Of a stretch of 64,000 bases of DNA, positions 38,162 through 47,293 are shown piece after piece (the stretch's first letter is position 1; every line of letters begins with the position of its first letter). Below the pieces are notes generated by a model. The model was not told the DNA's origin and did no database searches. It saw nothing but the letters and a program-made list of their open reading frames with translations. A program made the translations under genes and the position numbers. This DNA comes from a virus: IMG/VR virus record IMGVR_UViG_3300009181_006602, positions 26,525 to 90,524 of that record; one strand, written 5' to 3'.

Positions 38162-38983
38162 ATGGAAGAAGATGTTAAGTTTGAGATTCTGCCTACAGGA
38201 AAACAGCATGTTTCTTTTTCAGAAGTAAAGCTTTGGAAAGAATGTTCTTATCATCACAATTTAGTTCACATCAAAAAGTTAAGTCTTTTTAAGCCTTCAC
38301 CGGCGCTTGATTTTGGAACTGCTATTCACGCTTCATGTGAACACTATCTTTTAACTCGCGAAATGAAACCTGAAATTGCTTTCGACAGCATGGAAAAAGC
38401 ATGGGCAACAAATTCGACGCCTGAAAATCCAGACTTTACCCAAGCTTCATTAGCAAAATCAAAATTAGAAGCCGCAACAATTCTTTCTGAACTCCCAAAA
38501 TTTCTTGATGAAACATTTCCTGAATGGGAAACAATTTCTGCTGAACATCAGCTATACGAACCGATCAATAATCATCCTCATGCCTTTAAGGGGTTTATCG
38601 ACGGCGTGATTAAAGCGAAAGGAAAACGTGGTGAAACAATCTATTGGGTTATCGATTGGAAATCGACCGCTCGTGGATGGTATCGAGATAAACGTTCAGA
38701 TCCAATGGTAGCAGCGCAGTTAGCATTATATAAAAACTATTGGTGCCAAAAAAATCCCGAGATTCCATTTAAGGATGTTCGTTGCGGTTTCGTTCTTCTT
38801 AAGAAGTCTGCGAAACAAGGAGAGCATTGCGAGCTATTTTCAGTTCCATTAGGCGAAGTACCAATTAATCGTTCTCTTAAGGTCGTTAGTAACATGATAA
38901 CTGCTGTAAAAAAAGGAATTGCTTTAAAAAATAGAGACGCTTGCACTTGGTGTGAATATAAAGATACTGAACACTGTATCTAA
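38162..38983 (+). CDS. PD-(D/E)XK nuclease, Cas4/RecB-like
   Basis: HVSFSE...C, FGTAIH, FKGFIDG, VIDWKS, QLALY and C-terminal CTWCEY..C. Start at ATG 38162. Confidence 0.88.
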   Translation: MEEDVKFEILPTGKQHVSFSEVKLWKECSYHHNLVHIKKLSLFKPSPALDFGTAIHASCEHYLLTREMKPEIAFDSMEKAWATNSTPENPDFTQASLAKSKLEAATILSELPKFLDETFPEWETISAEHQLYEPINNHPHAFKGFIDGVIKAKGKRGETIYWVIDWKSTARGWYRDKRSDPMVAAQLALYKNYWCQKNPEIPFKDVRCGFVLLKKSAKQGEHCELFSVPLGEVPINRSLKVVSNMITAVKKGIALKNRDACTWCEYKDTEHCI

Positions 38984-39018
38984 AAAGATTACAAGACTCA
39001 AAAAATAGTTACGATAGG

Positions 39019-40269
39019 ATGGTAATGAGCGACAAGAAAACCATATTAATGTTAAGCGACCACCCACTCTCGACCTCGGGCGTGGGTACACAAGCCCGAT
39101 GGTTGATTCATGGATTGATTAATACAGGAAAATATAGCTTCAAGTGTTTTGGCGGTGCAGTAAAACATGATGACTATAATTTAAACGTAGTCAATAAAGA
39201 TTTTATTATTAAACCAACCGACGGCTTTGGAGATAGAAACTTATTAAGACAAACGTTGGTTCAACTTCGTCCAGATGCGTTAATGCTTTTTACTGACCCA
39301 CGATTCTTTATTTGGGTTTGGGAAATGGCAGATGAGATTAAACAAATTTGTCCAATAACTTATTGGCATCTTTGGGACAATTATCCTTGGCCAAGTTTCA
39401 ATGAAGTTCTTTATGAGTCGACGGATTTAATCAATTGTATTAATTGGCCAACTTATGAAATGGTTAAAGAACGATTTCCTGAAAAAGCGAATTACGTACC
39501 TCATGCAGTACCAAAAGAAGTCTATAAGCCACTTCCTGAAGCTAGTGTTTTAGCATTTAAGAAAAAGCTTTTAGGAGAGAATAGAGCTGATCACTTTGTA
39601 GCTGGTTATGTAAGTCGTAATGCAAGACGAAAGATGCCAGGCGATATTTTAATTTCTTGGAAGATGTTTTTAGAAAAGCTGGAAGAAAAACATGGACATC
39701 GTAAAGCTACGATGGTTATGCATACTGAACCGTTAGATCCAGAAGGACCAAACCTATATCACGTTATAGACATGTTAAACATACAAAATGATGTTATTTT
39801 TTCCAAAGATAGAACGCCGTTTGAAGATATGGCATTGTTGTATAACTCTTTCGATACTATTGTTAATCGTAGTTGTAATGAAGGATTCGGTTTACCTACA
39901 CTAGAATCAATGATGTGTGGTAAACCTATCATAGCAATTAAAACGGGCGGTCTAACCAGACAAGTTGAAGACTTAGAGACAGGCGAACAATTCGGAATAG
40001 GATTAGATCCTGAAGTAAAATCATTGGTTGGGAATCAAATGGTTCCATATATCTACGAAGATTTTATTTCGCATGAAACTATGGCCAATGCGTTTATGAA
40101 GATGTACGAGTTAGGTCCTGAAGGACGTAAGGAATTAGGATCTAAGGCGATGGCACACGCTCATAAAAATTACAATATAGAAAAAACAGTTGAAACTTGG
40201 GATAAAACATTGTCAAATACAATAAACACATGGAAAAACGATAAGTTATGGTCTCACAAGGAGATTTGA
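39019..40269 (+). CDS. Glycosyltransferase family 4
   Basis: SDHPLSTSGVG, RNARRK, NEGFGLPTLESMMCGKPII, TGGL. Confidence 0.9.
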   Translation: MVMSDKKTILMLSDHPLSTSGVGTQARWLIHGLINTGKYSFKCFGGAVKHDDYNLNVVNKDFIIKPTDGFGDRNLLRQTLVQLRPDALMLFTDPRFFIWVWEMADEIKQICPITYWHLWDNYPWPSFNEVLYESTDLINCINWPTYEMVKERFPEKANYVPHAVPKEVYKPLPEASVLAFKKKLLGENRADHFVAGYVSRNARRKMPGDILISWKMFLEKLEEKHGHRKATMVMHTEPLDPEGPNLYHVIDMLNIQNDVIFSKDRTPFEDMALLYNSFDTIVNRSCNEGFGLPTLESMMCGKPIIAIKTGGLTRQVEDLETGEQFGIGLDPEVKSLVGNQMVPYIYEDFISHETMANAFMKMYELGPEGRKELGSKAMAHAHKNYNIEKTVETWDKTLSNTINTWKNDKLWSHKEI

Positions 40270-40270
40270 A

Positions 40271-41437
40271 ATGAAAAAAGTTGTTGTAAGAGGTCCCGCT
40301 TTAACTCAATCAGGATACGGTGTTCATTGTAGGCAAGTTGCTGCGTGGCTTTTATCCAAATCGAATGTCGACGTAAAGTTTCAAGCGCTACCTTGGGGAA
40401 ACACTCCTTGGATATTAGATAAAAATGTCCAAAGAGGTTTAATAGATAAGATTACAAAGAATTCTGTAGAGCTGTCTGTGCCCGACGATAAGCGGTATGA
40501 TGTTTCTTTTCAGCTACAGCTTCCTAACGAATGGGACCGGTCTATAGCAAGGTTTAATGTTGGTATGACAGCCGCAGTCGAAACTGATACGTGTAATCCA
40601 GCATGGGCCGAAGCATGCAATAAAATGAACTTAATCATAGTTCCATCGGCTCATGCAGCAAATTGTTTAAAAAATGGAGGAACAATTAATGTTCCAATTG
40701 TCGTAGTTCCCGAATCTTTTTGCGATGAAATATTAGAAGAAACCAATGATCAATTGCCAGATTTTTCTACGAACTTTAATTTCTTAATATTTGGTCAAAT
40801 CACTGGCGACAATTCGCTTAATGATCGTAAAAATATCATACTTACGATTAAGTGGCTTTGCGAAGTTTTTAAGAACGATAAAGATGTTGGTATAGTAATA
40901 AAAACAAATCTTGGTCGTAATACGGCGATAGATAAACGTCGTACAGAACAATTGATAAATACTGTGGTTAAACAATGTAGACATGGAGATTTTCCTAAAG
41001 TACATTTATTGCATGGTGAGATGTCAAATTCTGAAGTTGCTACGCTTTATAAACATAAGCAAATAAAGGCACTCGTATCTTTGACCCGAGGCGAAGGTTA
41101 TGGTTTGCCGATTCTTGAAGCCGCAGCCAGCGGTTTACCTGTAATAGCGACAGGATGGTCTGGTCACACTGAGTTCCTTAAACATGGAAAGTATATTTCG
41201 ATATCGTATGATCTAAAGCAAATACATGCATCTAGGGTTGATAATCAAATATTCGTTCCTCATGCGAAATGGGCAGAAGTAATTGAGGAAGATGTTAAGA
41301 AAAAATTAATAAAGTTTCGAAACAACCCTACGATTCCTTGCGAATGGGCAGTAGAATTAGCTTCTGTTATAAAACAGAAGTATTCTTCTGAGGCTATATT
41401 CAAAACTTATGATGAGGTGACTAAAGAAATAATATGA
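40271..41437 (+). CDS. Glycosyltransferase family 4
   Basis: SGYG, DRKN, RGEGYGLPILEAAASGLPVIATGWSGH. Confidence 0.9.
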   Translation: MKKVVVRGPALTQSGYGVHCRQVAAWLLSKSNVDVKFQALPWGNTPWILDKNVQRGLIDKITKNSVELSVPDDKRYDVSFQLQLPNEWDRSIARFNVGMTAAVETDTCNPAWAEACNKMNLIIVPSAHAANCLKNGGTINVPIVVVPESFCDEILEETNDQLPDFSTNFNFLIFGQITGDNSLNDRKNIILTIKWLCEVFKNDKDVGIVIKTNLGRNTAIDKRRTEQLINTVVKQCRHGDFPKVHLLHGEMSNSEVATLYKHKQIKALVSLTRGEGYGLPILEAAASGLPVIATGWSGHTEFLKHGKYISISYDLKQIHASRVDNQIFVPHAKWAEVIEEDVKKKLIKFRNNPTIPCEWAVELASVIKQKYSSEAIFKTYDEVTKEII

Positions 41438-41754
41438 TTATTTTGATTTTTGTTTCGTTGATCGTTTCTATAGCTTCATTTTATGCTCTTTATTATAGTG
41501 TAAAAAGAAACTTCGAACTTATCGATTTGCTAGAAGAAACTAACGAACAAATTGATAAAGCCATAGAAACGTTAGACGATTGTTATAAAAGAATAGATAA
41601 AAAAGCTAAGCTAGAATTATTCTCGAACGAACCTGCAGTTCGCGAATTAGTCGAAGACATGAAGATGGCCCGCTCCGCGATTCTATTAATTTCTGAAAAA
41701 CTAACTGGAGATAAAAATGAAGAGCGCCTCGCCGCGGCCGCGCAAGAAAGTTAA
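41434..41754 (+). CDS. Small membrane-anchored coiled-coil protein
   Basis: N-terminal hydrophobic helix IILIFVSLIVSIASFYALYY. Confidence 0.65.
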   Translation: MIILIFVSLIVSIASFYALYYSVKRNFELIDLLEETNEQIDKAIETLDDCYKRIDKKAKLELFSNEPAVRELVEDMKMARSAILLISEKLTGDKNEERLAAAAQES

Positions 41755-41759
41755 CGACG

Positions 41760-42587
41760 ATGATAAGAAAAAACAAAAAAGAACAAGATAAGAAACTCGA
41801 TGAAAAATCTTGTTCTGTAAACATTGTAGACGTTGTAGATGCTGTAGATGCTGTAGTCGTAGTGCAAGAAAAAGAGCAAAAAGAAAAAATAAAAAAAGTA
41901 GATCCTGCAAAGCTATATTTTAATGCAGATACACAACGTGCCATCGTCGAATTTCAATCTACCGAAGATCGTGTCGTTCGTGAACGACTTTACGTATTGG
42001 AGATAATGCCAGCTTTTCAAAAGTTGGTAGAAAATCTTATTAATATTCATAAATTTGCAGGATTACACGACTCGTATGATGATCTAAGAAATGATTGTAT
42101 TAATTTTTTATTTGAAACTATTTGTAAGTTTGACGACTCCCGTGGAACAAATGCGTTTTCTTATTTTAACGTCGTAGCTAAAAACTGGTTGATAATAAAG
42201 TCTAAACAGAAATCTCAAAAATCTAAAAAGAATGTTAGCCTAGACGATCTTAGTCTTCTTTCGGCTCATGAAAAAAATATACTTGAAGAACATAACGTTT
42301 TGCCTTCGCAAGATTTGTTTTTAGATAGTTTAATATCATCTAAATCAATAGGCGTCTTACTATGCGATATTAGGGAAAAGTTGCGAACAGAAAATGAATT
42401 AACGTGCATTAATTCTATCATAACGATATTTCAAAATATAGAAGATATAGATTTATTAAATAAAAATGCAATATTGTTATATATGAGAGAATTGTCTGGG
42501 CTTAGTCCAAAACAATTGACAACGACAATGCAAGTTATAAAAAAACATTATAAAAAAATTAAAAACGAACAAAGAAATGAGTTGTGA
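41760..42587 (+). CDS. Phage RNA polymerase sigma factor (T4 gp55-like, region 2)
   Basis: LYFN, DDLRNDCINFL...KFDDSRGTNAFSYFNVVAKNWLI resembles gp55/sigma region 2 (FD...NPFAYFT...N.F). No recognisable region-4.2 motif. Confidence 0.72.
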   Translation: MIRKNKKEQDKKLDEKSCSVNIVDVVDAVDAVVVVQEKEQKEKIKKVDPAKLYFNADTQRAIVEFQSTEDRVVRERLYVLEIMPAFQKLVENLINIHKFAGLHDSYDDLRNDCINFLFETICKFDDSRGTNAFSYFNVVAKNWLIIKSKQKSQKSKKNVSLDDLSLLSAHEKNILEEHNVLPSQDLFLDSLISSKSIGVLLCDIREKLRTENELTCINSIITIFQNIEDIDLLNKNAILLYMRELSGLSPKQLTTTMQVIKKHYKKIKNEQRNEL

Positions 42588-42944
42588 GTGGAAACGTCGC
42601 TAGAAAATTCCGAACTTAAACTAGAAACCAAAGTAAGAGATTTTTCCAGTTTGCTAGATCAAATAGACGGTTTATCAGATAAAAAGAAAAAACTTTGGAA
42701 AGAAATATATGAGAACGCTATTTGTGATAGACAAAATGCTTATGTTCTATTCGCAAAACTAGTCAACATCGTCGAGGACAAAAGTTCAGAACATGCGGTG
42801 CACGGTAAATCGTTATCTTCTTATATAGAAAAGATGAGTAAAGCCAACGATCAATTAATTAAGTTAGCTGAACTTATCTCAAGAAATGAAAAGACGAATG
42901 ACGAGATAGACTCGGACGAAATGTTTAAAAAGATAAACGGATAG
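42588..42944 (+). CDS. Hypothetical helical protein (possible terminase small subunit-like)
   Basis: 118 aa, helical. SEHAVHG...ANDQLIKLA only loosely recalls T4 gp16-type proteins. The ORF is likely real, the function is uncertain. Confidence 0.4.
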   Translation: METSLENSELKLETKVRDFSSLLDQIDGLSDKKKKLWKEIYENAICDRQNAYVLFAKLVNIVEDKSSEHAVHGKSLSSYIEKMSKANDQLIKLAELISRNEKTNDEIDSDEMFKKING

Positions 42945-42945
42945 T

Positions 42946-44472
42946 ATGTCGCTATTTAATAATACAAAACCTGGTAACATGATCTCTCGCCTCGGTGAAG
43001 GCGGAATATCAAGAGTTACAAATCAGATTAAAGATGCGATTGATCCGCCTCAACCAACTTTTAAACGTATGATAGTCTTGGACGTTATTCACGATCCGCA
43101 AATAATAGACGACAATAAAATAAGCTATTGGGAAAACGTAATTAGGGTTACAAATTCTAGATTTGCTAAAATGTTGCCTCGCAATTCTGTTATTGCGCAA
43201 CCTGCGACCATCTCGTCCACGCGTATTTCTCAACCAATGTTTTTGTTGCCTTTTTTCCCCTCGCATCTAGCCTTGCCATGCAAACCAGGAGAAATGGTTT
43301 GGACAATGTTTGAAGATCCAAATGCAGAAATTAAAGAAATGGGATATTGGTTTTGTAGAATTTCAGAACCTCATTTTATAGATGACGTAAATCATACGCA
43401 TCATGCTATGCAGCTTGATCAATCTCTAAAAGCTTCTATAAAAAAGAATATGCAGGGAGAAGCCGGTACAGGTCCTGTTTATGAATTAAGAAATGGAAAA
43501 ACTATAAGTACCAAAGATGGTGTTAGAACAACAATTATCGATTCAAAATTAATACAAACAGATGATGAATCAGTATTCGAAAAATTAATAACAAATTCAG
43601 ATGCTGCACAAATTATTCAATACGAAGCGATTCCAAGATTTAGAAAACGACCAGGCGATATTGCCTTAGAAGGTAGCAACAATACACTAATAGTCTTAGG
43701 AACTGATCGCACTGGTGAGGCTGCAAAAATTTCGTTAGACGCGTCACAACCGGGTAGAGGAATATTACCAGATCGTACATTTGATTTTTTTGGATACTCA
43801 GGTGCTATCGATCTTGTCGCAGGAAGAGGAATGACACCTACGACTGGCGGCACCTCCGCAATAACAAAAAAAATTAGCGATGGACAAGAACTAAAAAAAG
43901 AACTTTTAAAAATACCGGACGAATTGTCACCCGCCGAAGGAGATCCAGACTTTACACAAGATCGTAGCAGAATACTGATATCGCAAAGAACTCTCCCAGA
44001 CGCAAACTTTGGTCTAAAAGACTACATAAGCAAAAAATTATCAATATCTGATACCGCATCTGGCGATGCTGGCATCGTAATAAAGTCGGATAAAATTAGA
44101 ATCATAGCTCGTTCTGATATTTCTTTCATAGTTACAAACTTCGAAGATCTACAAGTCGCAGAACAAACAGTAAAATCTGGTTCATCAGATACAGCAAAGT
44201 GGGCGTCAATTACTATAAGAGCTAATGGCGATATAATTTTTACCCCTAGCGACAAAGGTTATATCAAATTAGGCGGAGACGATGCAAAACAGGCTATCGT
44301 TTGTACAGCAAATCCAGCCACCACGACTGAAGGATCAGTCACATCGTTGCCGATTGCTTCAACGTCAGGAGGATTTATTGGTACAACAGGTGGCAACGCC
44401 GATGCCTCAGCAACAAAATTGTCTTCAGCTCCTGATTTAGGAACTTTTTCGAAAAAAGTTTTAATTAAATAG
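42946..44472 (+). CDS. Baseplate hub/spike protein (gp5/gpV-like)
   Basis: OB-fold-like LPCKPGEMVW...GYW, RPGDIALEGSNNTLIVLG, IVIKSDKIRIIAR and short beta-strand repeats. Lies upstream of gp25-like and gp6-like genes. Confidence 0.62.
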   Translation: MSLFNNTKPGNMISRLGEGGISRVTNQIKDAIDPPQPTFKRMIVLDVIHDPQIIDDNKISYWENVIRVTNSRFAKMLPRNSVIAQPATISSTRISQPMFLLPFFPSHLALPCKPGEMVWTMFEDPNAEIKEMGYWFCRISEPHFIDDVNHTHHAMQLDQSLKASIKKNMQGEAGTGPVYELRNGKTISTKDGVRTTIIDSKLIQTDDESVFEKLITNSDAAQIIQYEAIPRFRKRPGDIALEGSNNTLIVLGTDRTGEAAKISLDASQPGRGILPDRTFDFFGYSGAIDLVAGRGMTPTTGGTSAITKKISDGQELKKELLKIPDELSPAEGDPDFTQDRSRILISQRTLPDANFGLKDYISKKLSISDTASGDAGIVIKSDKIRIIARSDISFIVTNFEDLQVAEQTVKSGSSDTAKWASITIRANGDIIFTPSDKGYIKLGGDDAKQAIVCTANPATTTEGSVTSLPIASTSGGFIGTTGGNADASATKLSSAPDLGTFSKKVLIK

Positions 44473-44473
44473 C

Positions 44474-47191
44474 ATGGGCGTTTTAGATGATATTGGCGTT
44501 TTAGAAAAAGGAGGAGTACTTTCTACAAGCGCTTTTTCTGGTTTTGTTAATGACGTAAAAAAAAGATTAACAACAGGCAAAGGCATTTTTAAATCGCCGA
44601 CTATCGGCAAACAAGCTGATCCAATAGAAAATTTTAATCTTGCAAAAATAGAAGATCCACTTTTGTTTCCAGATTTTCATAGAATTTGGAAAGATAGATA
44701 CACAAAAACAGTTCAACAATTAAATGTCGTAGGTGCATTTAATTCTGTTCCTAAGATTCCGGCGGCGCCGTTAATAGACCCCACTGCGTTAGCTAAAATA
44801 ATGGGCGCGCCGTCGCCACCACCTGCAAAGTTTCCTGACGTGCTGCTCGAGATGCAAGGATTGTCTGCTCCTGGAAACAACCTACCACCTCCTACCATCA
44901 AGGATGTTATTGTACTCCCCCAACCCAACATAAATACTGCAATATTTTTTGATAAATATTTAAAAGGGTTAGATCCGCTCGACCCTAAAATAATACCAAA
45001 ACTGATAGCCGCGCTCAATAAAGAGCCGGCCAAGATAAGTCCTAAACGACCTAATCCATTAACAAAAAAACACGGTTATATTGAACAACACGATTTTGAA
45101 AATGCTGTATATGCTGCTCAAATAAACGCGCATGCACAATTAATGATTCGCGCAGCAGACCCAACGTTTTTGCCTATGTTAATAGCGCAAATGGCATCTG
45201 GACAAAATGAGATGCTTCTTACTGAAGTATATGCTTTAGTCGCCCAATACCAACCGACACAAATGGCTACAAGCGTATTTGAGCTTGCAGCACAAGAAGT
45301 GCTAATGCAACATCAGGTAAAGTTGCAGTGTATCGCTCTCCTAGGACAAAATATAGGCAGCGGTGAAGTAATAAAGGCGCTTGCAGCTACTCCTGAAGAT
45401 CAAGGCGGATTAGGTCTATTGAATATGTCAAAATCCAAAAGTGACCAAATACCTGGCGACGAGAAGCCGGCATACGCGAGTGATGCAAACGCAGGATCGA
45501 CTGTATCTTCTCCTACGCTTTCAGGCGGTGGGTCGCAGGCAACGACCACGGGAGATCAAAATCCTTTTATGCAAGGCCAGTCTGTACAAGATGAAATACC
45601 ACCAGGACCTACTCCTACAAGCGAGACGACTTATGGAGGTGGCAACACAATAGGAGGAGACACTCCCCCAGATGAATATCCTCCTGCAGCTAGCACAAGT
45701 CCTGACGCACCATCGCAACAACCATCAGGATTTGGATTTGGAGGACAACCTGATGAATCACCACCTGCCGAAGGTCAAGCGGGTTCTTCGAATCAAAACG
45801 CCCAAAACTCCGGCGCATCATCAACACAACAACAATCACCATTTGGGTTTGAACCACCGGATGAAGTACAACCTTCTGGTGTACAAGGTAACGGAGGCAG
45901 TTCTCAATCTAACGTTTCTCCATGGGCTAGCCCGCCTGCAGACGATTATCCTACTCAAGGAAATCAAGGTCAAACTTCTCCGCCTGGCGCAGGTGGTGGC
46001 TGGGGCGGCGCGCCGGCAGACGAAGGTTCAATATCACAAGAGCCTGCGAAACTACCACAAGAAGCACCCGAAGGTGGTCAAACGGGGGAAATAGAAAACC
46101 CGTCAGATCCTGCTCAAGACCCCGATGTACCGTTAGAGCCGGTACCAATTATCTCTTCAGACAAAATGGAGGTTCCTCCTGGGCCCACGGGGAGTGCCAA
46201 TTCTTCTAATGACGATGACGACGAATATGCGAGTCCTGCTGGCGGCAAAAGTAGTAAAAGCGGAATGAAACCGTCAGGCAAAATCAGACAAAGACTTAAA
46301 GACCTAATCGAAGGCGGAGATTCTTGCGATGGATGCTTAGGACCATTACCCAACTGGAGCAAGGATCATGGCGCGCCGAACACAAAGAATCAAATCAACT
46401 TTGTAGGCTACGCGCAAGGTGCATCAAGCCCCAAGTGGAAAGACCCAATTCGAGGCGCCGATGGCATCATCGGCGCTGGCTTTGGCGACAAAGAGACAAT
46501 CCAGAAGCTGCTTGACTCACCAAATAAGGGCAACCCCGTTCAAGCTGTTCCGACTTCTTGTGGACAATTGTCTAGTTGGATATTCAATAATTTAGTAGGT
46601 ACTGGAACAAAACAGATAACATTTATTGTTAACGAAGGTAATGACAACAGACAGACAACGAATTCGACCTTCGCCCATGGCCAAAACTCGTATGGTCGAA
46701 ATAATAGCGTAAAGCTTGGAGGGACAGGCTTCGAATTCGTATATCTTGGCGCCACGCTCGGCGCGTGGACAAGCATGTTTAAAACCGAAGACCTTGTTAA
46801 TAGGACGCCAAGATATGGAGATGTTTATCTCACTTGCGAAGGGTCCGGCGGCGGAGGGCCAGGCACCATCCGCCACACAGGTGTTATAGTAGAATGGCGT
46901 CCTGACGAAGGTTGGTTTGGTACCGCCGACGCCGGTCAAGGCAATATGGGATCCGCCGTCGGGGGGTCGGCGAGGGACGCGACGCAAGGTATGGCGTATA
47001 CTATAAGACTGTTACGTCTCGATGCACCGGGGACATCATACTTCGTCACGGCAGAAGGTCACCAAGCCAAGGCACCTGTCTATTTGGCAGGATTTATGAA
47101 TATGCAAGTTTTTATTGAAAAAATCAAATCTTATGGCGGTGCAGTATGGGGCGAGGATAACAAGAATAAACCTACGTGGATACCTGGGTAG
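44474..47191 (+). CDS. Virion-associated protein with a Pro/Gly/Gln-rich linker and a C-terminal CHAP/NlpC-P60-like amidase domain
   Basis: C-terminal TSCGQL (Cys), PRYGDVYL, IRHTGVI (His) and TADAGQG. About 280 aa of low-complexity linker. Confidence 0.6.
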   Translation: MGVLDDIGVLEKGGVLSTSAFSGFVNDVKKRLTTGKGIFKSPTIGKQADPIENFNLAKIEDPLLFPDFHRIWKDRYTKTVQQLNVVGAFNSVPKIPAAPLIDPTALAKIMGAPSPPPAKFPDVLLEMQGLSAPGNNLPPPTIKDVIVLPQPNINTAIFFDKYLKGLDPLDPKIIPKLIAALNKEPAKISPKRPNPLTKKHGYIEQHDFENAVYAAQINAHAQLMIRAADPTFLPMLIAQMASGQNEMLLTEVYALVAQYQPTQMATSVFELAAQEVLMQHQVKLQCIALLGQNIGSGEVIKALAATPEDQGGLGLLNMSKSKSDQIPGDEKPAYASDANAGSTVSSPTLSGGGSQATTTGDQNPFMQGQSVQDEIPPGPTPTSETTYGGGNTIGGDTPPDEYPPAASTSPDAPSQQPSGFGFGGQPDESPPAEGQAGSSNQNAQNSGASSTQQQSPFGFEPPDEVQPSGVQGNGGSSQSNVSPWASPPADDYPTQGNQGQTSPPGAGGGWGGAPADEGSISQEPAKLPQEAPEGGQTGEIENPSDPAQDPDVPLEPVPIISSDKMEVPPGPTGSANSSNDDDDEYASPAGGKSSKSGMKPSGKIRQRLKDLIEGGDSCDGCLGPLPNWSKDHGAPNTKNQINFVGYAQGASSPKWKDPIRGADGIIGAGFGDKETIQKLLDSPNKGNPVQAVPTSCGQLSSWIFNNLVGTGTKQITFIVNEGNDNRQTTNSTFAHGQNSYGRNNSVKLGGTGFEFVYLGATLGAWTSMFKTEDLVNRTPRYGDVYLTCEGSGGGGPGTIRHTGVIVEWRPDEGWFGTADAGQGNMGSAVGGSARDATQGMAYTIRLLRLDAPGTSYFVTAEGHQAKAPVYLAGFMNMQVFIEKIKSYGGAVWGEDNKNKPTWIPG

Positions 47192-47293
47192 ATTTGATCT
47201 TATAGGAAAGTTACTATCCTTAACGAATAGTTCTAGTGGTATTGTAGTAAGTAAGTAGGTTTCATTTTAACAAATTAGCATAGATAGAACTGT

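Noticed and set aside
38162-38983. CRISPR-Cas locus (Cas4 together with DinG as in type IV)
   Set aside because: No array or other cas genes, and the helicase is about 23 kb away. Solo Cas4-like nucleases are common in phages.
20058-41437. Ordinary bacterial O-antigen or capsule locus
   Set aside because: No Wzx/Wzy/Wzz/ABC exporter or initiating transferase, and the island is continuous and coupled with phage genes.
45430-46270. SSB C-terminal tail homology (GGWG...DEIP)
   Set aside because: The resemblance is compositional, the segment is internal, and there is no terminal DDDIPF or OB fold.
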